A stretch of 61,503 nucleotides of DNA, the filler included, from Dugesia japonica (Eukaryota): the NCBI GenBank assembly GCA_001938525.1. It is 5 parts of 5 records of this genome, joined end to end, with 100 filler letters (N's around TTAATTAATTAA, not from the genome) between each part and the next. Parts side by side here need not be neighbours in the genome. Positions count along the whole stretch, not along the records: positions 48,929 to 61,503 come from MQRL01523337.1; 4 more parts are not named here. One strand, given 5' to 3'. The notes under the pieces were generated by a model that was not told the DNA's origin, ran no database searches, and was given only the letters and a program-made list of their open reading frames with translations. The stretch's first letter is position 1; every line of letters begins with the position of its first letter. The translations under genes and the position numbers were made by a program. Positions 48,829 through 61,503 of the stretch are shown here, piece after piece.

Positions 48829-49121
48829 NNNNNNNNNNNNNNNNNNNNNNNNNNNNNNNNNNNNNNNNNNNNTTAATTAATTAANNNNNNNNNNNNNNNN
48901 NNNNNNNNNNNNNNNNNNNNNNNNNNNNTAATAATAAAGTAAAATTTTTAAATAACTTTAAAAAAAATTTTAAATAATTTGAAAAGTGATCACCAATTAA
49001 AACACGAGATTTAAATTTGTTTGAATTAATAAATAGTGTTAGTTATAGTTTTGTTTTTGAATAAATTTTCTATGTAATTGAGTTTTGATATTGATGATCC
49101 AACGAGTACTTCAATCTCATC

Positions 49122-49177
<56 letters not shown>

Positions 49178-49300
49178 NNNNNNNNNNNNNNNNNNNNNNN
49201 NNNNNNNNNNNNNNNNNNNNNNNNNNNAATAATAATAATAATAATAATAACAATAATAATAATAATAATAAGAATAATAATAAATATTAATAATAATAAT
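49122..49300 (+). repeat. (AAT)n microsatellite (another (ATT)n at 50957-51022)
   Basis: Direct inspection. Confidence 0.95.
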
Positions 49301-49819
49301 AGTAAATTTCAAACTCCAGGTAGTATATTTTTTGCCTTACCAAAATCGGGAGCTTTCAATATCTTTGCTTGTCAACATAGCTTAAAAGAGTTTGAGTAAA
49401 TAACACTCAGAAAATATTGTAAAGAAAGTAAAATAATCGGCGAATAATGTTGTTAAGTATAAAGGGATATAATTTTAAATAAATCCGTCTTTTGTAAATA
49501 CATATAATTTTAAATAAAAGAAGATACAATTATCGGGTCCCACCATAACTTGTCCCACATCTGCTTGCCCGTGTCATTTCTAAAATCCTATTTTCCTACA
49601 AATTTACTTAAAGATTTTTCTTTGTTAAAAGTATTAATTTATTCTTCAACTTCAGCCAAATAAGTTATCTGGTCTCTGCTCTCGCATCGTGCGTTCAATA
49701 GCTCTATTTGATTGCAATCGACATCACGGTTTACTACAATAAACAAAGCATAGGTAATTCCTCGTTTATTAAAATATAATTTTTAAATCAATTTTTTACA
49801 AAATTATAGGCATGTTAAA

Positions 49820-49940
49820 ACGATCGGAAATCTGGATACATTTTTAAGAAAGAAAATAGTTCAACCGCATTGTGTAAGAAATGTGGAAAAATCAATTGGG
49901 TGCAAAGGATCTTCAACGACTCCAATATTTACATTATTTA
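49820..49940 (+). pseudogene. BED zinc-finger relic of a hAT transposase
   Basis: RSEIWIHF/KKENSSTALCKKCGK/IGCKGSSTT with frameshifts. Confidence 0.6.
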
Positions 49941-50956
49941 CTAAAGGGGGATGGTATTATTTAAATAATGTGAGGTGGCGAAAATTTAGGAATGTCGTGT
50001 TTGTTTAAAATTAAATCATCACTTACCTACGACAATTATTGTATTCATAAAATATTTCTTTCATTCAAGAGAAACAAATGCAGACATAAATCAATGGTGT
50101 ATTGTGCTAGCGCCTCCGCCTCGAACATCTCCAGATATAATACCCGATTGTTCCCGAAGCAAAGGAGCCTGTCTTACATAGGTATTCGAAGGTTTAAAAA
50201 TGACTCAAAATAGCCCGTAATTCTAGTAGCTCTTATTTAATTAGTTTATAATATTTTGTATCATACGGGCCAAACCATACAAAAAGAGAGTGCGGGGGAA
50301 ATTTGTAAAAACCTGACACAAAACCAGGTATGAAATGTTCTTGGTCAATTTGGGGATATAGATAGCCAGTACTTGCAAGCTTGCAAACCTGATTTTTGTT
50401 GGGTGCGCCGTGGTCTTTTACGACCTTCCATTGTAATTGCCATAATTGCAAAAATTATCTCACAGTGTGAGATAATTCAATGATATACAATAGAATAATA
50501 ATAATGATACCTTAGTTTTCAGTATTCGGAGATTTCCAACTTAGAAATGTAATTATCTTTTTCTACTATATAATTTGGAACACAAAGAAGCATTTAACAT
50601 GGTTACAAAAACAAAGACAATGGAAAAAACAAAAACACTTGGAATTACCCACTCCTGCTATAAAAAAATGCAATATTCCAAACTTTTTTCGATGTTTTCT
50701 AAGAACAATAAATATTTTAAAATATTCAAAACAGTTTATAAATCTTTTAAATTCTAAAAAATATTTTTAACAATTTAATTAATTTTCAAATTATTTTAAG
50801 TTAATTTATTTTAAAAAATGTTTAAATCTCAAAAAATNNNNNNNNNNNNNNNNNNNNNNNNNNNNNNNNNNNNNNNNNNNNNNNNNNNNNNNNNNNNNNN
50901 NNNNNNNNNNNNNNNNNNNNNNNNNNNNNNNNNNNNNNNNNNNNNNNNNNNNNNNN

Positions 50957-51023
<67 letters not shown>

Positions 51024-52142
51024 AAAATAACTAAATGAAAATGGAAGAATTATTTTTTTATTTATGTTGAAAAATAAACAGACGGAATTAATCGATAATG
51101 AGTTTCATTGAAAAACTATTTTGAAAATGATTCAGCAAAATTATTGTATTATAGAAAATTGAATTTAATTGNNNNATATAAAAAATTGAAGCGCCAAAGA
51201 TTTTCTGCAAAACTCATTATTAAGATCACGTGAATAACAGGACAAAATGTTAAATGAATTACATCAGATTTTACAATAAAGGTTAGATGAAGGTTTTTAA
51301 TAGAATATTTATTTATCAGCCTGTTTTAAGTACGCATAATTCGACAAAAGTTATAAATAATTAGGAAAAAATTCGAATTTATATTTATATTTATATTAAA
51401 ATTTATATTATTAAATTGACCCAAAATTTGAAGGTTTTATATTTTTATAAAGATATTAAACAATGAGTATCTCATTAATCTTAATTTTTAAAGAAACTAT
51501 CATTTCACAAAATTATCAAAATAATAATACAAAAGATTCATATCAAAAAGTTTGATAATCTTATAAAATTTGAAATTCAAATTTTAACTATTTTTTGTAA
51601 AAATCATTATATGGTTTTAATAGACATTTTATTATAATTTTTTCGAAACGACTACTTGACAGGAAATTATGATATCCAAAAAGAATAATCAAGATGTTCA
51701 AAGAAAGAAGATAATCAGCTAACAGAACAAAATTTACAAACTATTATTTTGGATGAAAGCTCTCTAAAATCTGATAAAATTTCGAATGCTACAGATTTAA
51801 CTGAAGTCATATAGAAGATCGTAGAACAATAATAATTTTTATATTATAATCATTAATAACAACACTTTAGGGGAATATGTGATTATCATTTAAAATTTTG
51901 TTCCTTGATAGTTTACTATTCACTATACAAATGCACTTTGATATTCAATATTCTTTCAGTGATTAAATTGTTAATTAATCTGAAAGTTAAGAAATTTTTT
52001 TTTAACAAATACTAATGTTTATTTTACTTAATAATGACGTTGGTTTATTATTTTTCCAATATGTAAATTCTATTTTCCTCAAGGAATAAATTTTACAATT
52101 ACACTTTCATAATTTTTTTATAATTCGATCTAAAACTTTATT

Positions 52143-52310
52143 GAATTCATTTAATATAAAAGCTTAGATCAAAATTTTGGTTTTATTTATTGATAATAAT
52201 AATAAATAAAACCGAAATTTTGATCTAAGCTTTTATATTCAATGAATTCTATAAAACGATCAATGGTTATGTCCAACAATTATTCTCGCAATAATTGCAA
52301 TTGTAAAAAA
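52143..52310. repeat. Fold-back (49-bp arms) of the Penelope-associated dispersed repeat
   Basis: 52143-52191 is the near-perfect reverse complement of 52201-52249. Confidence 0.8.
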
Positions 52311-52785
52311 ATAAAACTTTATTACATATTTTTAATTTAAATTTGATTTATTTTTGTGTCACTAAGACATTTTTACTCAGTAATATCTTTAAAATGTTTA
52401 ATTAAATTAATTTTTATATAAATTCAAATTTACACGAAATTAACAGTCATTCAAACTGTAAATTCGTCTCTTCATAACTATATTTTAAATTCCAATAAAA
52501 CATTAAAAGTAATTTTACTTTTAATATTAATATATTTGCTTAAATATTCAGGCTTTACCGACAAACACACAGATATATTAATACATATTAATACATACAT
52601 AAATACGTAGATAAAGACATACCTGTTTTGATTAATAATCTTTAGAATATTTAATCATGCACAAAATGCAAAATATAAATTAAATTAAAAAGTGATAATA
52701 TTAAAAAGTAGTAATATAATAAAAAGTAATGATAATAAAAGTAATAGTACAATTAAAAAGTTACAAATTAAAATAAATAAAAAGC

Positions 52786-52855
52786 TCTCTATATATTTAT
52801 AAGATGACTTGCGGACCCTGAGGCAAAAGCCACGGGCGACAAGGCGTCCGCTAAT
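52786..52855 (+). mobile_element. Helitron-like 3' terminus
   Basis: GC-rich hairpin GCGGAC..GTCCGC followed by CTAA|T (CTRR). Confidence 0.45.
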
Positions 52856-54553
52856 CTCTTGTTGCAGAACACTGCTCTAGAACATATATTATATAATTTC
52901 TCGAATAAAACTCAGTATAATTAAGTAAATAATTATTTCATCGAATTAATATACTTTACTAAAACAGAGGCAAAATATATTTTATCAAATAAAATTGATT
53001 GATATATTCTCGTTTTGATAGAAAAATTGAAAGCGGATTTATTATCTTCATTAATTAATAAATTATACAGCTTAATTTAAATGAATTGGAAAGTGAAACC
53101 GGGTCAAATATTTTATCGTAGAAGTAGGTAATATGGAATTTCAAATATTTTTCTACGTTATTTTCATTAAGTAAAAATAATTTATAACATTTTCAAGATA
53201 TTTTTCATTAAAAATAATTACATCAGTTTGATAATTTGTTTAAATGAAAATGTTATTTATAGTCTTGAGTTTTTGATGAATAAAGATCTGAACGTAACAT
53301 TTATTTCAGAACAGATTCGGTGTCCTATATTGTATTGAATCTGAAAAAAGAAACATGTCCATCAAATGAATTTGAATCTCAAAAAAATAAATAGTCCACG
53401 AAAATTTCAGTTCTGTAAAATGTGTCATTAATGAATATAAATAAAACATTTTGCTATTTTTCATTATTTGAACACGGGAATTGATTTATAAATTTTACCA
53501 TAGTTAATCATGCACAAACTAAAAAGTATGCATGCAATAATGGGCTCATTGAGAGAAATTAGTTAAAGGTAAATACGATATCAAACTTGTTTAATAGAAA
53601 TTTTATAAATTTACAAAAAGTGGATAACAAATATTTTGAGACATAAATTAAAATAAATTAAAAGTCTTCTAATTGACCTGATGTAATTTTCTCTAGAATA
53701 ATTATTGAGAACTAAATAAAGTTAAATGATTCAAAAACTGAATAGGAAAAGTGGCTGCTTATGCGTATTTTACTAAATTATAGTTCAAATTATACCTAAT
53801 ATAACAAATATAATAGCTAACAAAACAGTTTCAAACAATAAATATAGAAGCTTAGTGTTTAAAAAAAATCATAAAATATATTCGAAATTTCATTAAAATT
53901 AGAAATCATAACAGAGAACTTATTTAATGCATATTTCAGCATAAATTATTCAAGTTAAAATTCAAGTTGACCCATCTGAAAATCTAATTTTTCAAAAAAA
54001 TCTTAGTGCTAAAATCTAATTATAAAAACTGTCCTAATCCCAAGACGGTATAGCTTACATAGAATGACAGATTGAACATAACCAACACTGTCAGTTGTTG
54101 GCTAATAGTCTTACTGATCGTTAATAAACCTAGTCAACTCAATTTCAAAATCGAATTTCATTGGCCTTTCAATGAAAAAAGACATATATTATCACTTTTG
54201 ACGAGTTTGCTTGTATTGTTCGGAAAGCTGCTATGATCAAATTCTCTGATAATGATATTATCAAGTGTCAAATATTGATTATATTAAATTAATCTATATC
54301 TAATAGAAGAAAAGATAAATTTTTCCTAATTTTCAACATACTTTCATTACTTTTCAGAATAGTCTGTATTTTCAGTTTGTATACTACAACGAACTTAATA
54401 TTTAGTTTTTGAATAATAATGGCAAAATAACGGTAAAATTTAAATCGAAAAAAAAATATTTAAAACAAAAATTAAATATACTCATACTAACAAAGTATTA
54501 TTATTGTTATTATTAATATTATTATTATTACTAGTATTATTATTGTTATTATT

Positions 54554-54601
54554 AATAGCAACACGTTTCGACAGTATATCTGTCATCTTAAGCAAACTGT
54601 T
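54554..54601 (-). ncRNA. Degenerate minimal hammerhead ribozyme
   Basis: cTTAAGA t gacag-atata-ctgtc GAAAcgtgTT; first core box has a G>T change. Confidence 0.5.
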
Positions 54602-55579
54602 TTAAACTATGAATATATATATATATACTAAAATTTCTGATTATGCAATCGATACACATATATTCCTGGTGTCAGTACACACGAGAATGATCTAGAATGT
54701 AATGACAGCCATATTTTTATTTAACACAATTAAACAGAAAAAAATATTTTATATAATTTTATAATAATTGATTTCTAGCCATATTTTTTTATTTAATATG
54801 GTAAAACAAAAACTTATTATTATTATTGTTATTAATACAGTTATGGTCTTTTATTAATTACATTAAATAATTAATAATATTTTTTAAGTTATTTTTTTTA
54901 ATATTTAATAAATNTATATTCGTTATGTTTTTTTATTTACAAAATCAGACAAATATGATTGAAAAAATTTTGAAGAAGCAACAAAATGAATTAAAGATAT
55001 TAAGTAATGACTGTTATTAAAAAACCTGTCTTATTAGTGCTATAAGATTTGAATTTTTTGTATTTTAAAGCGGAATTTATTGAAATCAGATTTGTTAAAT
55101 ATTTAAATTTGTATCATAAAATAATTTATAAAATAAATTATCATTTTCATTATTTATAAAATAAGTAAATGTGTATTAATTTGGTTATAATTTCTTAAAT
55201 TTTCAAATTTCTTTTTGTCCAGAAAATAAATTTTTCAATGTATTTTTAATATTTTACATTATTAAAAGTTAAGATAAAATAAAATATAATTTTTAAATAA
55301 AATAGAATATAAAATATTGTCAATGAAATGTGTTTTTTACTGTTATTGTTTACTGGAAATTCTGATTTCGCCATAATAAAAATTTTTGAATTGGTAATGT
55401 TTATTTCAATCACAATATTTAAACAAATGAATTTATTTGTTTATTAGTATTAAAATATTAACACTACATTACTACGGCGTCTAATCTGGAGGCTTCTTGA
55501 GGACGAATGCTGACTGTGTTCTTTTTCTCATTATTTGTAGTACCTTACAATCACTGTCTCGATTCGTAATTACATAAGG

Positions 55580-56560
55580 TCATTCATATGTTGACTGAAG
55601 TGGTCTTTTGTTTTTACTTTTGATCCAAACAGTTTTGCTTTTTTCCATCTCTCCGGGCGTGAACACCTTCGTTAAACCATGTGGCCTTAACCAATTATTT
55701 CGGAATTCTTTGTCATCTTTATAGTAGATAAGGATGCAATCAATATAAGCAGAAGCAAAAGCTTGACAACTGTTTAGACACTTGTTCATGTGTCTTTGAA
55801 ATGTTTGTGATTATTTTTCAATCCAAATGGCATCTTTCTGTATTCAAATAAGCCAAACGGTGTGATTATTACTGTTTTGTGCCTGTCTGTTTCTTGGATT
55901 TGAATTTGGTAGAAGGTTTTCCTTAGATCCAGTGTGGAGAAATTATTACATCCATTAATTCTGTCTAGTATGTCACTCATTTTTGGAAGTGGATATCTGT
56001 CTGGCTTGGTTATTGAGTTTAACATTCGGTAATCGTCACATGATCGAAATGTCTCATCTTTCTTTATGACTACTACCATTGAAGATGCCCATTCACTACT
56101 GCTTAGTTGAAGGATGTCTTGTTTAATCAATTCTTCAAATTCAAGTTTGATTTGCTTCATAATTAATGGTCCCAATCTTCGATTACATTGATGAACTGGT
56201 GGGCCATTGGTATCTATTCGCAGCACCATTAAACATTCTGAGTTTAAAATTTCATTACTGTGCTGTCGTCTTTGAAAGATCCGATTGCTATGACAATCTA
56301 TTAAAGATTTTTGACAAAAAATCTGATCCCAATATTGGAAGCTTGAAAACGTTCATTGAAATGCGGCTGGAATATTTGGTATCAAAAGTGAGATTGCCTT
56401 TTCACCATAAACTATAATTTCGCTTTCCATTGAATTTAATAATGAATGTTTAACATTGTTGTTATCTGGGATAAACATTCGATATGGCAGGATGCTGATA
56501 TCTGCGCCTGAGTCAATTAGAAATTACTATTGATTATTGTTTGACCAACCTGAGACGGTG
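55580..56560 (-). pseudogene. Gypsy protease-RT remnant
   Basis: SSSEWASSMVVV..DYRMLN..DRYPLP..FSTLDL..TPFGLFEY..MPFGLKN; AYIDCIL. Confidence 0.9.
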
Positions 56561-56725
56561 AAAATGGATTGTACTTCTACCGACTGTATCACTATATCTT
56601 ATACCAACGTTATTTTATCTATTCTTTGTCCATTATATATCATCGTGATTTCGTCATGTTGATTTCCTAATTGCCTGTTGTCAGTAATTTCGGTATTTTG
56701 ATCATCCATCTCGAAAAGATACTCT

Positions 56726-57220
56726 TCAAGGCTTTTGTCTCTGATGAACTAAATGATGGCGCATNTATTTTGGTAGAAACTCCAAGAACTTCAGTCTCCA
56801 AATGTTGGAAGTTTCTGGATTTCCATGTGGTTCAATAATTCTGTAAAATTGGTTCATTTCTGACAGCTTTCTTGTTGGAGTCTTGTAAGAATCAGAAATG
56901 GGATTCATTAATTTATTCATGGCTTCCATTGTTGACATTGTGGTTCTGCGTAGTATTGCAATTTTCAATTTCTCGCATTGGGCTTCAACTTGCGGATCCA
57001 TTTCATGTGACACTGAGTCAAGTATATCTGGTGGCAGACTGGTAAATAAGTGGATATATTTTGTCCTTGAATTTCGGATATTTGATAGCTCAAAAGCTGC
57101 ATCCACTTGGGAAAACCAATTTGCTGAGTTTGGAAAGTAATTTGGCATTCTGATTTGGATGTGGGTTTCTATCCCACTTCTGACACTATTACTGTTAACT
57201 GGAAATTCTGATTTCGCCAT
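56726..57220 (-). pseudogene. Gypsy gag (N-terminal ~165 aa)
   Basis: RMPNYF..NWFSQVDAAF..I..TKY..LPP..LKIAIL gag pattern. Confidence 0.75.
57171..57186 (-). other. Primer-binding site complementary to tRNA-Leu 3' end
   Basis: GTGTCAGAAGTGGGAT immediately inside the 5' LTR. Confidence 0.75.
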
Positions 57221-57999
57221 AATAACAATTTTTGATTTGGTAATGTTTATTTCAATCACAATATTTAAACAAATGAATTCATTTGTTTATTAGTATTAAC
57301 ATATTAATACTACAACAGTATTTTTAAATTTGACATTAATAAAATTTTTAAGTAAAATATTTTACAAAATACTGATATTTGATATTTTCCGTTTTGAATA
57401 TAAATTTTTAAATTTNTTTGAAAAAAGAAAATTTATATTTATAGTTTTGTTTTGTGAATAAATCTTTTATGGAAATGAGTTTTGACATTAATTATCCGAT
57501 GAGCACTTTAAACTCATCTAACAAGTGCCTTCAATTTATTCCTTACTGACGAAGCTGCTATTTTATGGAATGATTTTAAAACAGATTACACAACAAAAGA
57601 CGAAGCAAAATCTGGATTTATTGATAATCTTTGGGTTTATTTTATAACAAAGAAATCTATTTCAGAAATGTTTGTTGAATTAACTGGAATTAAATAATAA
57701 TGAAAAATTTGCGACGTTCAAAATTAGAGTAAAACATCTATTTAGTTCAGGATAAAGTCGTGATAAAATAGTAAAATATTTTATTTCAAGACGGATTTCA
57801 AGATTTGAATGTAAGTTGATAATAGACAGTTAAATGCAGTTATAGAAAAAATTACTCGGATACATTTTCTGCTTGACTGNNNNNNNNNNNNNNNNNNNNN
57901 NNNNNNNNNNNNNNNNNNNNNNNNNNNNNNNNNNNNNNNNNNNNNNNNNNNNNNNNNNNNNNNNNNNNNNNNNNNNNNNNAGGTAAGTTTTGTTTTAAT

Positions 58000-58180
58000 C
58001 GTATCACTTTTGGTTCTAAGCAACTGGATCAGTCACTTTTCAAAAACTCATACATGAACTCCTGTATGGATTAATTTTTAAAGGTGTTAATGTTTATCTT
58101 GATGATATATTAGTCTACAAAGGGTCTATACAATAAAATGACTAAAATTTGAGAGAAATCTTAAATCTAGATTAAAAGTC
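58000..58180 (+). pseudogene. Gypsy RT core fragment
   Basis: TFQKLIHELLYGLIFKGVNVYLDDILVY. Confidence 0.8.
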
Positions 58181-59510
58181 AATCAATTTTAACAGGAGAA
58201 ATAATTTTGAAAGNAATTTTTAAAAAATAGAATGCTAAGCAGAATATAACACAGGAGTTGGCTTAACTTTATCAAAGGAATTAGTAGAACGAATGATATG
58301 AACTGTACAAGATATGATAACAACATCAATAAAGAATAAATGCGAATAAAGGAATTGGTTTGTATGACTACCAAGAATTGAATTCAGCATTATTGAATTC
58401 AACAGAATTCTTTAAAAATAGTTTTTTGCGGAAAAATCCATACAACCGAACCTCCGTATAAGTCTGGTTAACCAGACTATATAAATAATGTAACTGTAAG
58501 GAGAGTGTGATTTTACAGAGATCATTCAGAGAAATCTTTTAAAATAATCACATTCTATCAAATTCCTTTTTTTAATGTACTACATAATATTTTGAAGAAT
58601 TTATTTGGATCACACCTTATTTCGTTTTGAGAAAAATCTACTCTGGTTTAATCATGACAGCATAAAAAGTAAACTTTCTATGTTAAGCTTATACTATTAA
58701 TAAAAAATTTATTATTTGTAAATGTAGCTGTTTACATACAAATTGCCATAAATTAAATGGAAATGTTTTGGTCAGATGAATTCCAAAATAAAAAAATTGA
58801 AAATGTTTCATTATAAATTTCATAAAAAATAAATAAATTTTTCATTTAAAATTTGGTTTTTAAGTTTTTTTCCATAAATATTCAGGTTTATCTTAGCCTA
58901 TACTTTCGATGCTCTTGCTTTAACAATGGTGAAAATGTTGCTTTTAGAATTTTCACTATATTTATCATTTCAAGACGATTTTTGCGAGTTAATTATTTTT
59001 GCACTATTTNNNNNNNNNNNNNNNNNNNNNNNNNNNNNNNNNNNNNNNNNNNNNNNNNNNNNNNNNNNNNNNNNNNNNNNNNNNNNNNNNNNNNNNNNNN
59101 NNNNNNNNNNNNNNNNNNNNNNNNNNNNNNNNNNNNNNNNNNNNNNNNNNNNNNNNNNNNNNNNNNNNNNNNNNNNNNNNNNNNNNNNTTGAAATTTACT
59201 TGTTCAGTTCAGTTTTTTATGATTTGGACCACACACAGTTGGAAAATCCCAAATTTTATAATTATTATTAGAATATGTAATAGAATTGGTTCTTAAGAAA
59301 TAACTTGATTTTTCGGAAAACATTGTTTGATTAGTTATTAATATTGTAATCAAATTATTTTACGCTTTCAATAATGAACTATTTGAACCTGTATTAGTTC
59401 ATTCTACAACAAATATACAAATAAATATTTATTTGCAGACCTGACATATTGTTTTAAAAGTTTATTAACTGTAAATCTGAATAATCATCACAAATGTTAA
59501 AATTTAAGAT

Positions 59511-60060
59511 ATACACAGTGTGACAAATAAGTTTTAAAACTGGATCTGTAAAATCAAAAGAAAACAATATATAAAAATTTTATTGTTTTATTTATTCTGG
59601 CTTCAATACATCTGTTACACCGATTTAATAAAACTTGGAATCCCTATATCAGCTGATGGTAAGGTATTTCCTCTAAAACGCGCATGGAAGCTGTTTGTAT
59701 GGTTGTAACAATATTTAAATAATACCTTTTTAATTTTATTTTAAGTTTTGGGAATAAGGAGAAGTCGCAAAGTGCTAAGTCAGGCGAATACGGTGGATGA
59801 TTCAACATATAAAGATTATGTTTTGCCAAATATAGAGAAACAATGATTGATTTGTGGCGGGGTGCATTATCGTGCTACAAACACCCACTGTTTCCATAGC
59901 GAGATTCTGGACGAATACGATGAATTATGGTCATCAAACGTTTTACAACTTCTTAATAATATTTGGCCGTAATTGTTTGTCCAGGTAGTGCAAATTCTTT
60001 GTGGATAATACCCGTACTATTGAAGGAAACGATTAGCATTGTTTTGATTTTTGATTTCTT
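59511..60060 (-). mobile_element. mariner transposon remnant
   Basis: HDNAPRH..HPPYSPDLALCDFSLFPKLK. Confidence 0.85.
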
Positions 60061-60799
60061 ATTTAATTGGCTTAATTTGGGTTCTTCATATTTCTGGATG
60101 TTGATTATTTATTGATTTGAATTTTTTATTGTTAATAGCCAAAGATTCACGCTTGAATATTTATATTTGATTTCATATATATGTGCACTGGGAGCTTAGA
60201 TAAAGTGTCACTCTTAAANCTTAATTGTCACACTNTGTATTACATTGAATTCAACATTAATTCATTTCAACAAAATATAATCAGTAATTTCTTTATAAAT
60301 AAAAAGGAAATCTTACATATTCTTCTAGTAGTTCACAATCTAGTGGTTCAACAATCACTTCTAGAAATGTTTTTAAAAAATTTAGTTTTCATTAAATTAT
60401 AATTTAATGTTTTTCTATGAAATGATACAGATATAAATAAGTAAAAATTTTCTAATTTAATAGTCAGATACTTTCAAAAAGTGGAATAATTAATTTGTCA
60501 ATTTTCAGTTTTTTAGAGATTAATCATTTTCGATGATTTATTGTCATATAAGATTAATATATAAAATTATTAATTTACTAAAAAAATTATTTCCACTTGA
60601 TTAATCTCATAATACTTTTAAAAATACTTTTAATAAATCTCAAATACGATCAACAATTATTCTCGAAATAATTGTAATTGTGAAAATATCAATGAAATTT
60701 AGATTTTAACAATATACTTGTAAATAATAATTTTAAAATACAAAAATTTAAATTAATTTTAAAATTTTACTGCTACAACCAGTTAGCTTGAGAACCAAA

Positions 60800-61503
60800 G
60801 TTATATGAGGTGTAAAAATATGAATCCAGTTTTTTTAATAAAAAAGCCGACTTTTATTTAAGTCTTATTTAAAAACGTTAATTCAAAATAAGTTCCATTT
60901 GAAGCTACGATCTTCGCTTATCTTTCCGGCAACGACTGACTTCCACGAAAGAGGAATTCTGATATTTTTGAAGCAACCGGAACTGAACCGCTCCCCAGAA
61001 AGTGCTGATTGCATTGAGCAGACCAAATAATAATGCGAAGGATTAATATCCGGTGAATACAGTGGGTGACGTGAAATCTCCAAGTTTAATACGTTGAAAT
61101 AATTCGTAACAACCAAATGAACATGTGGCCTAGTGATATCATGTTACAAAATTATCTTAGCACGTCCATTCTCCCATTCTTATATTTATTTCGGCCAGAG
61201 CTCAGACGAATTAGTTGCAATCATAACATTGACCAGTTATGGTATTCTATAGTTTTAGCAGGTCATAATATATAACACTTTTCTGATTCCACCAGATACA
61301 CAGCATAACCTCCAAATCATGGATATCCGGTTTCGGCGTTGATAGACCGGATTCATCTGGCTTCACCCAAACTGCTTTTTGTTTTGGATTTTCATAATGA
61401 AACTACTTTTCGCTTCCCGTAGCAATTCGATGTAAAGAAAATTTTCTTTTCTGTCTCTGAAGAAGAACATCACAAATTGTCTCATTCCGGCAATATATAA
61501 TAC
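60800..61503 (-). mobile_element. Second mariner (Mos1-like) remnant
   Basis: WVKPDE..STPKPDIH..VMLCIWW; HPLYSPDINPSHYYL..SMQSALSGERF. Confidence 0.85.

Larger units (their letters stand above)
55341..57314 (-). mobile_element. Internally deleted Ty3/gypsy element with 128-bp LTRs (57187-57314, 55341-55468)
   Basis: Direct repeats starting TGTAGT; PBS; gag, protease (LIDSGADISILP) and RT; no TSD seen. Confidence 0.9.

Noticed and set aside
22456-48884. Recurrent TTAATTAATTAA motif
   Set aside because: Always embedded in Ns; artificial contig linker.
49990-50460. GC-richer coding-like segment
   Set aside because: No consistent frame or recognisable domain.

Overview
AT-rich animal genomic DNA. 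The AT content, (AAT)n microsatellites and a 55-bp intron suggest a planarian-like flatworm, but that is inference. The window is five contigs joined by N-flanked TTAATTAATTAA linkers (22456, 30990, 39345, 48873), so adjacency across linkers is meaningless. Host genes are one ADAM17-like exon and the 3' two exons of OLA1. The right half is ordinary TE debris: hAT, Buster, MULE, Tc1/mariner, a small gypsy element, Penelope-like remnants with minimal hammerheads, and a Helitron-like end. The first 31 kb is dominated by diverged copies of a giant (~4.5-5 kb) LTR-like unit with TGTTGGGG...CCCCAACA ends. The unit contains a CCAAT/TATA promoter, a non-coding leader exon ending in A before a GT donor, and an ordered array of small unknown ORFs (families B, A, D, C). 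Most ORFs have their own splice acceptor and AATAAA. Several begin with TG directly after the acceptor, so splicing to the leader would create the start codon (A|TG). The unit ends in a ~160-nt hairpin domain that co-varies between copies. A nearby decayed Ty3/gypsy internal region carries a chuvirus-G/gB-like env remnant upstream of PR-RT-RH-IN and joins directly to a fragment of the same LTR.
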